Shown piece by piece: positions 10,473-19,951 of a stretch of 64,000 nucleotides of DNA. How positions within the stretch are numbered: the stretch's first letter is position 1; every line of letters starts with the position of its first letter. The translations under genes were made by a program, and so were the position numbers. This DNA comes from an uncultured virus (IMG/VR IMGVR_UViG_3300035698_030196) (taxonomy: Duplodnaviria > Heunggongvirae > Uroviricota > Caudoviricetes). The DNA is taken from the IMG/VR virus record IMGVR_UViG_3300035698_030196; one strand, written 5' to 3'. The notes beneath the pieces were generated by a model that did not search any database, was not told the DNA's origin, and saw only the letters and a list, made by a program, of their open reading frames with translations.

Positions 10473-10853
10473 ATGAAAAAATTCACAGATATAACAAATA
10501 AAGACACTTCTTTAGATTTTGATAAAAAGAAGCAAAAGGATAATCTATCAAGCGATATCGATTCATTAAATGATCAAATGGATGATGCAATCAAAGGTAC
10601 AAAATTAGAAGGTGAGTGGGAAATACAAGAAATTATTAGTGTTACTACAAATGAACCAGAAATACCAGCAAATGAAGCTATCGTTATAAATGCAGAATTA
10701 GGTAATAATCCTGTTAAAAGAGGTGATTTTATTTATATTACTGCACTAATCAATAAAAAGGGTGGATATATTCACCAGAATCAAATGGGTGTTATAAAAG
10801 TTAGAATCGTTGAGATATATAACACATTATTAGTATTGAACCAATTAAGATAA
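10473..10853 (+). CDS. Hypothetical protein (weak leader MKKFTDI)
   Basis: 126-aa ORF, TTAATATATA upstream. Confidence 0.65.
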   Translation: MKKFTDITNKDTSLDFDKKKQKDNLSSDIDSLNDQMDDAIKGTKLEGEWEIQEIISVTTNEPEIPANEAIVINAELGNNPVKRGDFIYITALINKKGGYIHQNQMGVIKVRIVEIYNTLLVLNQLR

Positions 10854-10857
10854 TAAT

Positions 10858-11262
10858 ATGAATATTATATTTACAGACATTGATGGTGTTTTAAACCCCG
10901 ATTGGACAACTAAATGGAAAAGACGTGCGGTTAGAATGTATAATAAGATATGTGAAGAATTTAATCTAATACCGGTTATAACTTCAACATGGCGAATAAA
11001 TTATACAAAAGAAGAATTACAAGAAATCTTTAAGAAACAAGGAATTAAAGCAATAATCTTAGATTATACACCGAATTTAGAAGATGATAGAGGTTTAGAA
11101 ATAAAATCTTGGTTAGATAGCAATAGTTACGATAATTTTGTTATAATAGATGATAGAATTACTGATATAATACCACATGTAAATAATACTGTGAAGTGTG
11201 ACCCATTAGAAGGATTAACTAAGAAAGAATATGAAGAAATAATGAAAATAATGCTCAAATAA
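10858..11262 (+). CDS. HAD-superfamily phosphatase, RNA-repair (HAD_SAK-like) type
   Basis: FTDIDGVLN (DxD), ITSTWR, RGLEIKSWL, FVIIDD. Confidence 0.8.
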   Translation: MNIIFTDIDGVLNPDWTTKWKRRAVRMYNKICEEFNLIPVITSTWRINYTKEELQEIFKKQGIKAIILDYTPNLEDDRGLEIKSWLDSNSYDNFVIIDDRITDIIPHVNNTVKCDPLEGLTKKEYEEIMKIMLK

Positions 11263-11294
11263 TTTGCATTATTGACAAATGTTCCGTATCTTTG
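11263..11294 (+). promoter_or_regulatory. Full Bacteroidota housekeeping-type promoter (-33 TTTG / -7 TAnnTTTG)
   Basis: TTTG 11263-11266, 20-nt spacer, TATCTTTG 11287-11294. Confidence 0.7.
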
Positions 11295-11339
11295 TATCAT
11301 ACAAATAAGGTATTAATCACTACTTAAAAACTAAAAATT

Positions 11340-11972
11340 ATGGCTAAGAAAGCAAAAACAGGATTATTCGGAATAGCAGCAAAGGCTGCTCCAGCAACTA
11401 AGAAAGCAAAAGAAGAAAAAACACGTATAACAGTAGAAGATTCTACATTCTTTGATGATATTGAAAAATTAGAGAAGTTGAATGACGAGATGAAATCTGC
11501 GAAAGCTAAAGTTGATATGATTTCAAGTAACATCAAAGACACTTGTAAATCAGAATGGGTAAAACTTTACTCAGAAACAGGTAAAAACCCTGGTTCAGTA
11601 ATGGTAGAGAACATTAAAGGTGAAGATTGTGCTCAAATTATGTTCATCCCTCAAGATAAATATATCAAAGTTACCGAAGAAAGAGCAGAAGAATTAGAAG
11701 AATTATACGGAGAAGATATTGTAGACGAGACAACAACTTTCTCTTTCGACGACAAAATGATTGAGAAGTATGGTGAAATCCTTTCAAACCTAATCATGGA
11801 ATGTGACGAAATCAAAGAGGCAGACAAAGTGAAGATTATCAAAGCAACAACAGCTTATAGCGTAGCGAAAAGCACAGTAGATAAATTAGCAGACTACGGA
11901 GACGTTGAAGAAGTAATGGAAAATGTTAGACCTATCGTTTCTTTAAAAGGTGCTGAAGTACTAAAAGGATAA
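11340..11972 (+). CDS. Hypothetical protein, probably early-expressed
   Basis: 210-aa ORF between a host-type promoter and a terminator; K/A-rich N-terminus. Confidence 0.75.
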   Translation: MAKKAKTGLFGIAAKAAPATKKAKEEKTRITVEDSTFFDDIEKLEKLNDEMKSAKAKVDMISSNIKDTCKSEWVKLYSETGKNPGSVMVENIKGEDCAQIMFIPQDKYIKVTEERAEELEELYGEDIVDETTTFSFDDKMIEKYGEILSNLIMECDEIKEADKVKIIKATTAYSVAKSTVDKLADYGDVEEVMENVRPIVSLKGAEVLKG

Positions 11973-11991
11973 GAATCGAACTTAAAAATAC

Positions 11992-12022
11992 AAACCCATC
12001 ATTTTAAAATGATGGGTTTTTT
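11992..12022. terminator. Bidirectional intrinsic terminator
   Basis: Perfect palindrome AAACCCATCATTTTAAAATGATGGGTTT plus T-run. Confidence 0.8.
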
Positions 12023-13278
12023 TATAATCTATATCTTATAATAGATTCTATTTCAATATTTAATTCTTTTTTATCTACATATCCATAATCTGAAAATCGT
12101 GGATTTAAAGTAATCCCAAAATGTTGTGAGTAACACCAATTTTTAAAGACATCTTCTAAATGGTGATCATGAATATCTTCACCCTCAAATTCTTCTATCC
12201 ACATATTGTCATAATGTAATACATAGGTGGTTTCTCCATCTTCAACTTTTTTCTCAAACTCTAAACCCTCTTTCTCAATTACATCGTCAAAAGCACTAAC
12301 TAATTCTCTATAATTAGCATCTAAATGTGCATCCATACTAAAGTCACCACATGTCTGTAATATACCTTCTATCATTTCATTATCTTCACATGCATCACTA
12401 AGAATGCTAAACCCATCACCAAGTAGATAATTAATGAATTCTTTCTCTGATGATTTTAAGTGTTCTAACTGGTCACTTTTATTAATAAACTCTCGTTCAA
12501 TATCGAAGTTTTCTATAAATTCCTCAATTCCACCATTTTCACCAATTAATATATTTACAACATCTTCTGAGTTTTTAGTATTTAAATCATATGAAAATAG
12601 AGAATTTAAATCTGGTTGGTAATCACCACCATAATAATTATCATATATTTCTTCTTTATTCAAAAGTATATCCCTCAGGTGTGACTTTCTTGCTAAAAAA
12701 ATATCAACCATATATTTTAAACTCATGTAAGTGTATAATTTACCATCTTTAATCTCATCTACATCCCAGTTATAATATTTCATCAAATCCATCTCATTAA
12801 ATTTAACAGTTTCTTTTTGTTTGACGAATAAGGATAAGTGTTTCATTTCTGATAGATTATCAAATAACCCATCTTTTATTAACACACTATCAATATTTAC
12901 TGAAACGGGATTATAACTACCATCTAATAGTGAGATATTAGAATCACTTTGTTCTGATATAATATCATAAGCAAATTTAAGGGTATCTGTTAAATCATTA
13001 TTACTCATTTTAGATGATCTAATTAATCTAATCCAATAAGCAGGTAAAACATCTTCACCTGACTCAACTTTCGTAATAAATTCATCTTCACCATCATTTT
13101 GTTGAACATTGTTAAGATTCTCCTGTGAAAACCCGTATTCAACATCAACAATATAGCCTTCGTCTAAGAATTCCCTCATGTAATCATTAATATCATACTC
13201 TGTTAGTTTCCAGATTATTTTCTCCTTATTGGAATCTTTAGATTCATTTATAAATTTTAAATAGTTTTTAATCTCCAT
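12022..13278 (-). CDS. Leader-bearing acidic hypothetical protein
   Basis: MEIKNYLKFINES; TTAATATATA upstream on the minus strand. Confidence 0.75.
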   Translation of the reverse strand: MEIKNYLKFINESKDSNKEKIIWKLTEYDINDYMREFLDEGYIVDVEYGFSQENLNNVQQNDGEDEFITKVESGEDVLPAYWIRLIRSSKMSNNDLTDTLKFAYDIISEQSDSNISLLDGSYNPVSVNIDSVLIKDGLFDNLSEMKHLSLFVKQKETVKFNEMDLMKYYNWDVDEIKDGKLYTYMSLKYMVDIFLARKSHLRDILLNKEEIYDNYYGGDYQPDLNSLFSYDLNTKNSEDVVNILIGENGGIEEFIENFDIEREFINKSDQLEHLKSSEKEFINYLLGDGFSILSDACEDNEMIEGILQTCGDFSMDAHLDANYRELVSAFDDVIEKEGLEFEKKVEDGETTYVLHYDNMWIEEFEGEDIHDHHLEDVFKNWCYSQHFGITLNPRFSDYGYVDKKELNIEIESIIRYRL

Positions 13279-13353
13279 ATCGTATCTATATATTAAAAAA
13301 AAGTATTATATTTGTGTATCAGAAATAAGAAATAAGAAATAATTAAAAATAAA

Positions 13354-13384
13354 TTTGATATTATTAAAAAATACCGTATCTTTG
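13354..13384 (+). promoter_or_regulatory. Full Bacteroidota-type promoter (-33 TTTG / -7 TAnnTTTG)
   Basis: TTTG 13354-13357, 19-nt spacer, TATCTTTG 13377-13384; same CCGTATCTTTGTAT context as at 11284. Confidence 0.7.
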
Positions 13385-13408
13385 TATAATAAAATAAATA
13401 AATAAAAT

Positions 13409-14530
13409 ATGTCAGAACAACTATTTAGTAAGGAAATGTTGGAAAACCTTCGACTTTTAACTCCAAAAGAATTAAAGTATTTTCAAGTAATGTGGGCCAA
13501 ATATGGTGTGTTATTTATAACATCCAAACCTGGTGTTGCTAAATCTGCGATTGGTAAATCCATTGCTGATAAATTAAAATTCCGTTATGAGGACATGCGT
13601 TTAACCATGATTGATGAATCGGATTTCAAATTCCCATATCTTGAAGATAGAGAATATGACGGTAAAACCATCAAAGTATCTGGTTATGCCGTTCCAAGGT
13701 GGGCATATGAAGCCAACCAAGCACCAACTATTATACACTTTGAAGAATTAAATAGAGCACCATTATTTGTTAGAAATGCCGCACTACAAATTCTTTTAGA
13801 AAGAGAAATTGGTGACTTCAAATTCAATGATAATGTGATAATGATGTCATCCGGTAACCTTGGAGACGAAGATGGTACAGATGTTGAAGAATTAGATGCT
13901 GCGCTTAATAATAGATTAGTTCACCTATCACATGTTTTATCAGTTGATGAATGGATAAATGATTTCGCAGAGGATAATTGTCACAGACTTATTACCTCTT
14001 TTATAAAAGCATATCCTGAAAAGATGTATCAACCACCAAGTGATAATCATCCTGCTTATGCAACTCCACGTTCTTGGACTATGATGTCAGAATTTATTGT
14101 GAAGAATTATGGTAAAGATTCATCACCTAGAGAATTCTTACCAATGTTGAAACTAGTATCTACTGGATATGTCGGGAATTCTGCAATGAAATTTATACAA
14201 TATTGTGAAGATATGTTAAATATTTCAATTGAAGATGTTCTTAATAATTATGAAAAGATTAAATCTGATCTAGGTAAATATAACAGAGATAAGAATAGTG
14301 AATTAATACAATCGCTAAAAGAACTAGATGTTGCCGATCTTAGTAAATCACAGTTAAAGAATGTTGTGAAGTTCCTTAACAATGTACACGATGATGAACA
14401 AACATCATACCTACTACATATTTTAGATAATGTTACGGACATTAGTAACCCTAAGTTAAAGAATTTCTTATTAGAATTTGAAGACTTGTTAAGAACAATC
14501 AAAAGGATTAACAAACCAGAAAGAAAATAA
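13409..14530 (+). CDS. MoxR-like AAA+ ATPase
   Basis: Variant Walker A SKPGVAKS, Walker B HFEELNRA, SSGN, LDAALNNR, ATPRSW. Confidence 0.85.
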   Translation: MSEQLFSKEMLENLRLLTPKELKYFQVMWAKYGVLFITSKPGVAKSAIGKSIADKLKFRYEDMRLTMIDESDFKFPYLEDREYDGKTIKVSGYAVPRWAYEANQAPTIIHFEELNRAPLFVRNAALQILLEREIGDFKFNDNVIMMSSGNLGDEDGTDVEELDAALNNRLVHLSHVLSVDEWINDFAEDNCHRLITSFIKAYPEKMYQPPSDNHPAYATPRSWTMMSEFIVKNYGKDSSPREFLPMLKLVSTGYVGNSAMKFIQYCEDMLNISIEDVLNNYEKIKSDLGKYNRDKNSELIQSLKELDVADLSKSQLKNVVKFLNNVHDDEQTSYLLHILDNVTDISNPKLKNFLLEFEDLLRTIKRINKPERK

Positions 14531-14533
14531 GTT

Positions 14534-14565
14534 AAAAAGGGGGATAAAGTTATCCCCCTTTTTTT
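14534..14565 (+). terminator. Intrinsic terminator
   Basis: AAAAAGGGGGATAA-ag-TTATCCCCCTTTTTTT. Confidence 0.8.
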
Positions 14566-14598
14566 AAAACCAAACGTAAACCAAATGATATATATGAT

Positions 14599-14823
14599 AT
14601 GTTTGAAGTACAATTGGTGATAATAAATGATTTTGGTGAATTTCTTGGTGCTAAAGCACAACTAAGCGAAGAACAACTTCTTATTATTAAAGAAAGTTCT
14701 AAAGCATTTTATACATCTTACGGGTTTGAGTTAACTTGTGAGGATGGTGTATTTGTTGTTTTTCCACCAGAGATTGTTAAAAAATCAATATTAAAAGTTT
14801 TAAGTAAAAAAATAGATGTTTAA
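14599..14823 (+). CDS. Hypothetical protein
   Basis: 74-aa ORF overlapping the next start. Confidence 0.6.
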   Translation: MFEVQLVIINDFGEFLGAKAQLSEEQLLIIKESSKAFYTSYGFELTCEDGVFVVFPPEIVKKSILKVLSKKIDV

Positions 14824-15484
14824 AGATAAATTTAAAAAATTCGATGGTTCTGAAATACCAGACATAATCGAATATATACACGAGTACATAAAGAAAGACC
14901 CAACCGTTACTATAACAGTTGGTTGTGATTCTATGCAAGTTCGTAGAAAAACAATATATGCTATAACTATAATGATGTATAATATAGATATCAAGAATGG
15001 TGCCCATGTAGTTTTCTTTAAAGAGATACACAAGAAAATAAGAAACAAACAACAAAAATTATTTAATGAGGCTAAATATGTATATGATCTTGGTATGTAC
15101 TTAGATAAAGAACTTGCATCATTTTATACAAGAAAAGATTTAACTGATGATGCTAGAAAGAAATATAAGTATCACCTTTTAAAATGTGATGGTAATTTTT
15201 TAAATGTTGAAAACCATAAAGAAGCAAGTGTTATAAAGAATCTTAATCTTGTGCCAGCGGATTTTGCCAATTTTAGACTAGTTGATATTCATGTTGATTT
15301 TAATCCAAAAACTGGTTCTATGAACCCTGATGGTGCAATTAAAAATAAATCATATACTGCTTATAAGAGTTTTGTGCCTTGGTTAAAAGGTACTGGATTT
15401 AGAACATGGTCTAAACCAGTTGCATATGCTTCAACATCTGCCGCAGATTTATTACTTAAAAAAACAGATAAAAAACACATATAA
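14816..15484 (+). CDS. RNase H-like YkuK (DUF458) family protein
   Basis: VGCDS, GAHV, L.NE, IHVDFN, ASTSAAD motifs. Confidence 0.75.
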   Translation: MFKDKFKKFDGSEIPDIIEYIHEYIKKDPTVTITVGCDSMQVRRKTIYAITIMMYNIDIKNGAHVVFFKEIHKKIRNKQQKLFNEAKYVYDLGMYLDKELASFYTRKDLTDDARKKYKYHLLKCDGNFLNVENHKEASVIKNLNLVPADFANFRLVDIHVDFNPKTGSMNPDGAIKNKSYTAYKSFVPWLKGTGFRTWSKPVAYASTSAADLLLKKTDKKHI

Positions 15485-15486
15485 AA

Positions 15487-16095
15487 ATGAAAAAAGAATT
15501 AAAAATATTAGGGCTTTCGTATAGTCAAACACAATTAGGTTCATATGTAATAATTTTATCAGATGAAACTGGTTTTAAAAAATTACCTATAATAATTAAA
15601 CCTGGTGATGCACAACGAATTGCTATAGAAATAGAAAATATTAAACCACAGAGACCACTTGTTCATGATCTTTTTAAGACATTGACTGATTTTTATAGTA
15701 TTGATATTTCAGAAGTATTTATTCATAATCTACTTGAAGGTATTTTTTATGCGAAGATAACAACTACTAATGGGTTTGATGAGGTCGATATAGAATGTAC
15801 TGCCGGTGATGCACTTGCATTATCTGTTATTTATAAATGTCCAATTTACACCACTAGTGAAATATTAAAAGAAGCTGGTGTTATAATAAATGATGATGGT
15901 AGCCCAATGTCAGAGGAAGAAGTCGAAGCATTAAGTGAAATCGAAGATTCAGAAGAAGAAGTTACAACAATTAAGAAAAGAATTGTCTCAATTGAAGATT
16001 TGGAACAAATGTTGAAAGAAGCAATTGCTAATGAGGAATTTGAAATTGCAGCTGAACTTAGAGACAAGATAGAAGAAATAAAAAAAGAAGAATAA
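15487..16095 (+). CDS. Bifunctional nuclease (DUF151) with C-terminal UVR domain
   Basis: LPIII..DAQRIA, RPLVHDLF, GIFYAKI, DALAL; C-terminal AIANEEFEIAAELRD. Confidence 0.85.
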   Translation: MKKELKILGLSYSQTQLGSYVIILSDETGFKKLPIIIKPGDAQRIAIEIENIKPQRPLVHDLFKTLTDFYSIDISEVFIHNLLEGIFYAKITTTNGFDEVDIECTAGDALALSVIYKCPIYTTSEILKEAGVIINDDGSPMSEEEVEALSEIEDSEEEVTTIKKRIVSIEDLEQMLKEAIANEEFEIAAELRDKIEEIKKEE

Positions 16096-16103
16096 TATTT
16101 ATA

Positions 16104-16121
16104 TTTTAATATATATTAAAA
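16104..16121. promoter_or_regulatory. Palindromic TTTTAATATATATTAAAA motif
   Basis: Identical 18-mer at 41333-41350. Confidence 0.55.
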
Positions 16122-16134
16122 AAGTAATTAAAAT

Positions 16135-17457
16135 ATGATAATTCTGAAAAAATATAAAGATTTCCTATTCGAGAGTAATAATGAGTTTGATTTTATGAAA
16201 ATATTCTTAGAATTGACTGAGTATACTATACCATATGGTCAGGAAGAAAAATTAGAACCAATTTTATATAAAGTTATACCAAATCTTGAGAAAGATAGTA
16301 TCGGTAATTATTTTATTAACATCGGTGAGAGTAGAACATTATTCACTTCACACTTAGATGTTTATTCTAAAAGATATGAGAAAGTAAATCATGTTATTTC
16401 AAGAGGTGTTATTAAAACAGATGAAACGACTGTTTTAGGTGGTGACAATAAGAATGGTGTTCTTATATTAATGTATATGATTAGAAACAACGTTCCCGGT
16501 AATTATTACTTTTTCGTAGGTGAAGAAGGAATAGTAACTGGTGATTCTTGTAATGGTTCTACACAAGCACTAGAACAATACCCACAATTATTTGAAAATA
16601 TAGATAGAGCAATCGCTTTTGATAGAAGAGGTAAAGGTTCTATTGTTGTAAAACAAAGAGGTAGGATGTGTTGTAGTACAGAATTTTCAGATGCTTTAGT
16701 TGAAGAATTTTCAGAAAATAATCTATCGTTTAAAAAGGATTATGCATATGGTACAGATTCTGCCGTATTCTTAGATGTTGTTCCTGAAATAACAAATATA
16801 TCATCAAGTGGTTCTTATGAACATAGTTTCTTAGAAAGTACTAATATTAAATACCTCAAAAAGGTAGCAATTGCGGCAACTAAAATTAACTGGGAATCTT
16901 TACCAGTTGTTAGAAACCCAGAAGCTATTTCAACACAACATGATGACAAAGAACACGAAGAAGAAGTAATAGAACAGAGTAATAAAACATTCAATAGAGT
17001 TATGTCTTTATTGGGAACAAAAGGATTTAATTGTTTAAATCGTAATAACTTCAAACCAAATTCTATTATGATATTCTCGCAATTTGTCGATGATAATGAA
17101 ATTAAATTGAAAATTTTAGGAAATGAAATTAAGATTGTCGAACAGACTGATTTTATAAAGTTTGAAGAAGGAACTTTAGACGAGTTTAGTAACATATTCC
17201 AATTAGGATTGAAAGATTATGTTAGAGGAATAATTGGTAAAATAGTTAAAAAGATGAATATTGACTATAAATTACCTATGAGTGATTTAGAAGATATTCT
17301 AAATGATTTTATGGTATCCGTTGAAGAATTTAAGGATTATATAGAAGATTCTGATTACAAATCTTACTTTGAATTTAATGATGATGATATTTTCATGGAT
17401 GTAAAAGCGAATCAAAGTGCGACTATAAAAAGACAAAAAGAACAAGAGAATAAATAA
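16135..17457 (+). CDS. Zn-dependent peptidase (M28/M20/M42-like) with N-terminal leader
   Basis: SHLD, LGGDNKNG, FFVGEEG, FDRRG, GTDS, YEHS; starts MIILKKYKDFLFES. Confidence 0.75.
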   Translation: MIILKKYKDFLFESNNEFDFMKIFLELTEYTIPYGQEEKLEPILYKVIPNLEKDSIGNYFINIGESRTLFTSHLDVYSKRYEKVNHVISRGVIKTDETTVLGGDNKNGVLILMYMIRNNVPGNYYFFVGEEGIVTGDSCNGSTQALEQYPQLFENIDRAIAFDRRGKGSIVVKQRGRMCCSTEFSDALVEEFSENNLSFKKDYAYGTDSAVFLDVVPEITNISSSGSYEHSFLESTNIKYLKKVAIAATKINWESLPVVRNPEAISTQHDDKEHEEEVIEQSNKTFNRVMSLLGTKGFNCLNRNNFKPNSIMIFSQFVDDNEIKLKILGNEIKIVEQTDFIKFEEGTLDEFSNIFQLGLKDYVRGIIGKIVKKMNIDYKLPMSDLEDILNDFMVSVEEFKDYIEDSDYKSYFEFNDDDIFMDVKANQSATIKRQKEQENK

Positions 17458-17685
17458 ATGAAATATAAAATTGGTGATTTAGTTATTAAAATGTCTGGTG
17501 GTAATAAAATGACAGTTGATTCATTTGATACCCAAGCCAAATCATATAAATGTTTCTGGTTTGTCAATAGTTCGTTATTTCAGGATTCCTTTTCAGAAGA
17601 AAAGATATTATCAATACCCGAATATAGATTACATTTAAAATGCGAAGAGAGAGATGATAAAATTAATAATATTTTTAAAGAATAG
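17458..17685 (+). CDS. DUF2158/YodC-like small protein with C-terminal RDxKIxxI motif
   Basis: KIGDLV..SGGNKMTV...C.WF pattern; EERDDKINNIF. Confidence 0.7.
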   Translation: MKYKIGDLVIKMSGGNKMTVDSFDTQAKSYKCFWFVNSSLFQDSFSEEKILSIPEYRLHLKCEERDDKINNIFKE

Positions 17686-18046
17686 TTATATCTTTAATAT
17701 TAAATTTGAAAGCATGTCTTTTAGATAATTCTCTCTTTATCTCTTTCATAATTGAATCTACTTCATCTCTACTGTAAGAAATTAATGTAAACTGAAGTGT
17801 ATAAGAATTAGAATCTTCATCAATTAACTCAGATTCTAAACCACTTATATCAACTTCGATCTTTTCTGAGATTTTTAAAATCTCTTCTTTCAAGTCTTCT
17901 ATTGTAAATTTTGATTTAGAATCTTTTAATAAACTAATAACCACTTGAACAGCAAATTCATCGGTTGGGTCTGAATATCTGAATCCAGCTGCTTGTCCTG
18001 GTCCGTTGTATTCATTTATTACGTATTCATTAAATTTCTTAATCAT
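17675..18046 (-). CDS. Leader-bearing hypothetical protein
   Basis: MIKKFNEYVINE; TTAATATATA upstream. Confidence 0.7.
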   Translation of the reverse strand: MIKKFNEYVINEYNGPGQAAGFRYSDPTDEFAVQVVISLLKDSKSKFTIEDLKEEILKISEKIEVDISGLESELIDEDSNSYTLQFTLISYSRDEVDSIMKEIKRELSKRHAFKFNIKDITIL

Positions 18047-18144
18047 ATCTCATTATTTTATTTTTATTATAGTATATATTAATTTTTTTTACTATTTTTG
18101 TATTTGTGAAAAAGAATATATATTAAAAATCAATAAACGAAAAT

Positions 18145-19914
18145 ATGGCACTAATTAAAGAATATGATCAATTTATTATAAGTAAAAGAATCAATGAAAG
18201 TATGAGTGGTGGCAATGTAAGAACACGATTCGCACCAAGCCCTACTGGTAGCTTACATTGTGGTGGTATACGTACTGCATTATATAATTATCTTTTTACT
18301 AAGCAAAATGGTGGTGAATTTATTCTAAGAATCGAAGATACAGATTCGACTAGATTTGTCCCAACTGCGGAGAAATATATCGAAGATACATTTGAGTGGT
18401 TAGGTATAGAATTTGACGAAAGTCCTAGTAAAGGTGGTCCTTATGGTCCCTATCGCCAATCAGAAAGAAGAGAAATTTATAAAGAATATTATAAAGAGTT
18501 GATAGATTCTGGTAATGCATATTATGCGTTTGATACCGCAGATGAATTAAATCAGGTAAGAGAAGATATTGAGAATTTTTCATATAATTATCAAACAAGA
18601 GATAAAATGAAGAATTCATTAACTTTATCTGATGAAGAAGTTAATGAGCTATTAAAAACACAAACAGATTGGGTAGTCAGAATCAAATATCCTGATACTC
18701 CTATTAATATAGTAATAAGTGATTTAGTTAGAGGTAATGTAACTGTTAATAGTTCAACTGTTGATGACAAAGTTATTTGGAAAAAGAAAGATGATTTACC
18801 TACTTATCACTTAGCTAATGTTGTAGATGACCACTTAATGAAAATTACACACGTAATTAGAGGAGAAGAATGGTTACCATCTGCACCTTTGCATGTTTAT
18901 TTATATGATTGTTTTGGATGGGATTGTCCTACTTTTGCACACCTTGCCTTAATTTTAGGACCTGATGGTAGTAAATTAAGTAAAAGAGATGGTGATAAAT
19001 ATGGTTTCCCTGTATTCCCACTATCATATACTGATTTTAATGATGATACTAAGATCGTTCAAGGTTATCGTGAGAATGGATATCTACCAGAAGCAGTTTT
19101 AAATATCTTGGCTTTCATTGGTTGGAATCCAGGTACTGAAAAAGAAGTTTATACAATTGATGAATTAATTAAAGATTTTGACTTATCTAGAGTTAACAAA
19201 GCAGGTGCTAAGTTTAACCCTGTTAAAGCAGGTTGGTTCAATGGTCAGCACATTAAAAACACTGATAGTAAGGAATTGTTACCAGAATTAAAAAGTGTCT
19301 TACAGGAGAAGGGTGTAGACCTGGATGATGATTTTATTCTAAAAGTATTAGATGAGAATAAAGGGAAAGTTAATTTTGTTAAAGATATTTACGACCAAAT
19401 TGAATTCTTATTTAAAGCACCAACTACATATGATTCTAAACTATTGAGAAAAATTAGTCCAGATTCAAATAGAATTGTTAGCGAATTTACTGAGTTAATT
19501 AGTGATATGACAAATTGGGATGCAGAAGATATCAAAACTAAATTAGAAGAATATGTTGCTAATTCTGATGTTAATTTCAATGATATAGCAATGCCGATAA
19601 GATTATTACTTACCGGTAAAGGATATGGTTCATTCTTCGAATTAATGGAAACTTTAGGGAAAGAAGAAACTTTAAATAGATTAAGTGTAGAATTGCCAAT
19701 TGTAGAGAGATCAACTGAAGTTAAAGTCGATAACTCTAAACAAGTAGCTATGATTAAAGAAATCGAACTTATTAAGAAGATAATTAAAGGTGGTGAAGCA
19801 AAACTAAACAATAAAAAGTTTACAGAAAGAGCACCAGAAGCAGTTGTCGCAAAAGAACGAATTAAAATAGATGAACTTAAAATCAAACTTTCAGACTTAG
19901 AGAGTAAAGTATAA
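18145..19914 (+). CDS. gltX: Glutamyl-tRNA synthetase with N-terminal leader and C-terminal ValRS-like coiled-coil arm
   Basis: RTRFAPSPTG, HCGG (HIGH), LRIEDTD, YRQSER, PTYHLANVVDDH, IRGEEWL, KLSKR (KMSKS). Confidence 0.95.
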   Translation: MALIKEYDQFIISKRINESMSGGNVRTRFAPSPTGSLHCGGIRTALYNYLFTKQNGGEFILRIEDTDSTRFVPTAEKYIEDTFEWLGIEFDESPSKGGPYGPYRQSERREIYKEYYKELIDSGNAYYAFDTADELNQVREDIENFSYNYQTRDKMKNSLTLSDEEVNELLKTQTDWVVRIKYPDTPINIVISDLVRGNVTVNSSTVDDKVIWKKKDDLPTYHLANVVDDHLMKITHVIRGEEWLPSAPLHVYLYDCFGWDCPTFAHLALILGPDGSKLSKRDGDKYGFPVFPLSYTDFNDDTKIVQGYRENGYLPEAVLNILAFIGWNPGTEKEVYTIDELIKDFDLSRVNKAGAKFNPVKAGWFNGQHIKNTDSKELLPELKSVLQEKGVDLDDDFILKVLDENKGKVNFVKDIYDQIEFLFKAPTTYDSKLLRKISPDSNRIVSEFTELISDMTNWDAEDIKTKLEEYVANSDVNFNDIAMPIRLLLTGKGYGSFFELMETLGKEETLNRLSVELPIVERSTEVKVDNSKQVAMIKEIELIKKIIKGGEAKLNNKKFTERAPEAVVAKERIKIDELKIKLSDLESKV

Positions 19915-19918
19915 AAAT

Positions 19919-19951
19919 AAAAAAGGAGCTTATATATAAGCTCCTTTTTTT
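19919..19951. terminator. Bidirectional intrinsic terminator
   Basis: AAAAAAGGAGCTTATATATAAGCTCCTTTTTT palindrome between convergent genes. Confidence 0.8.
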
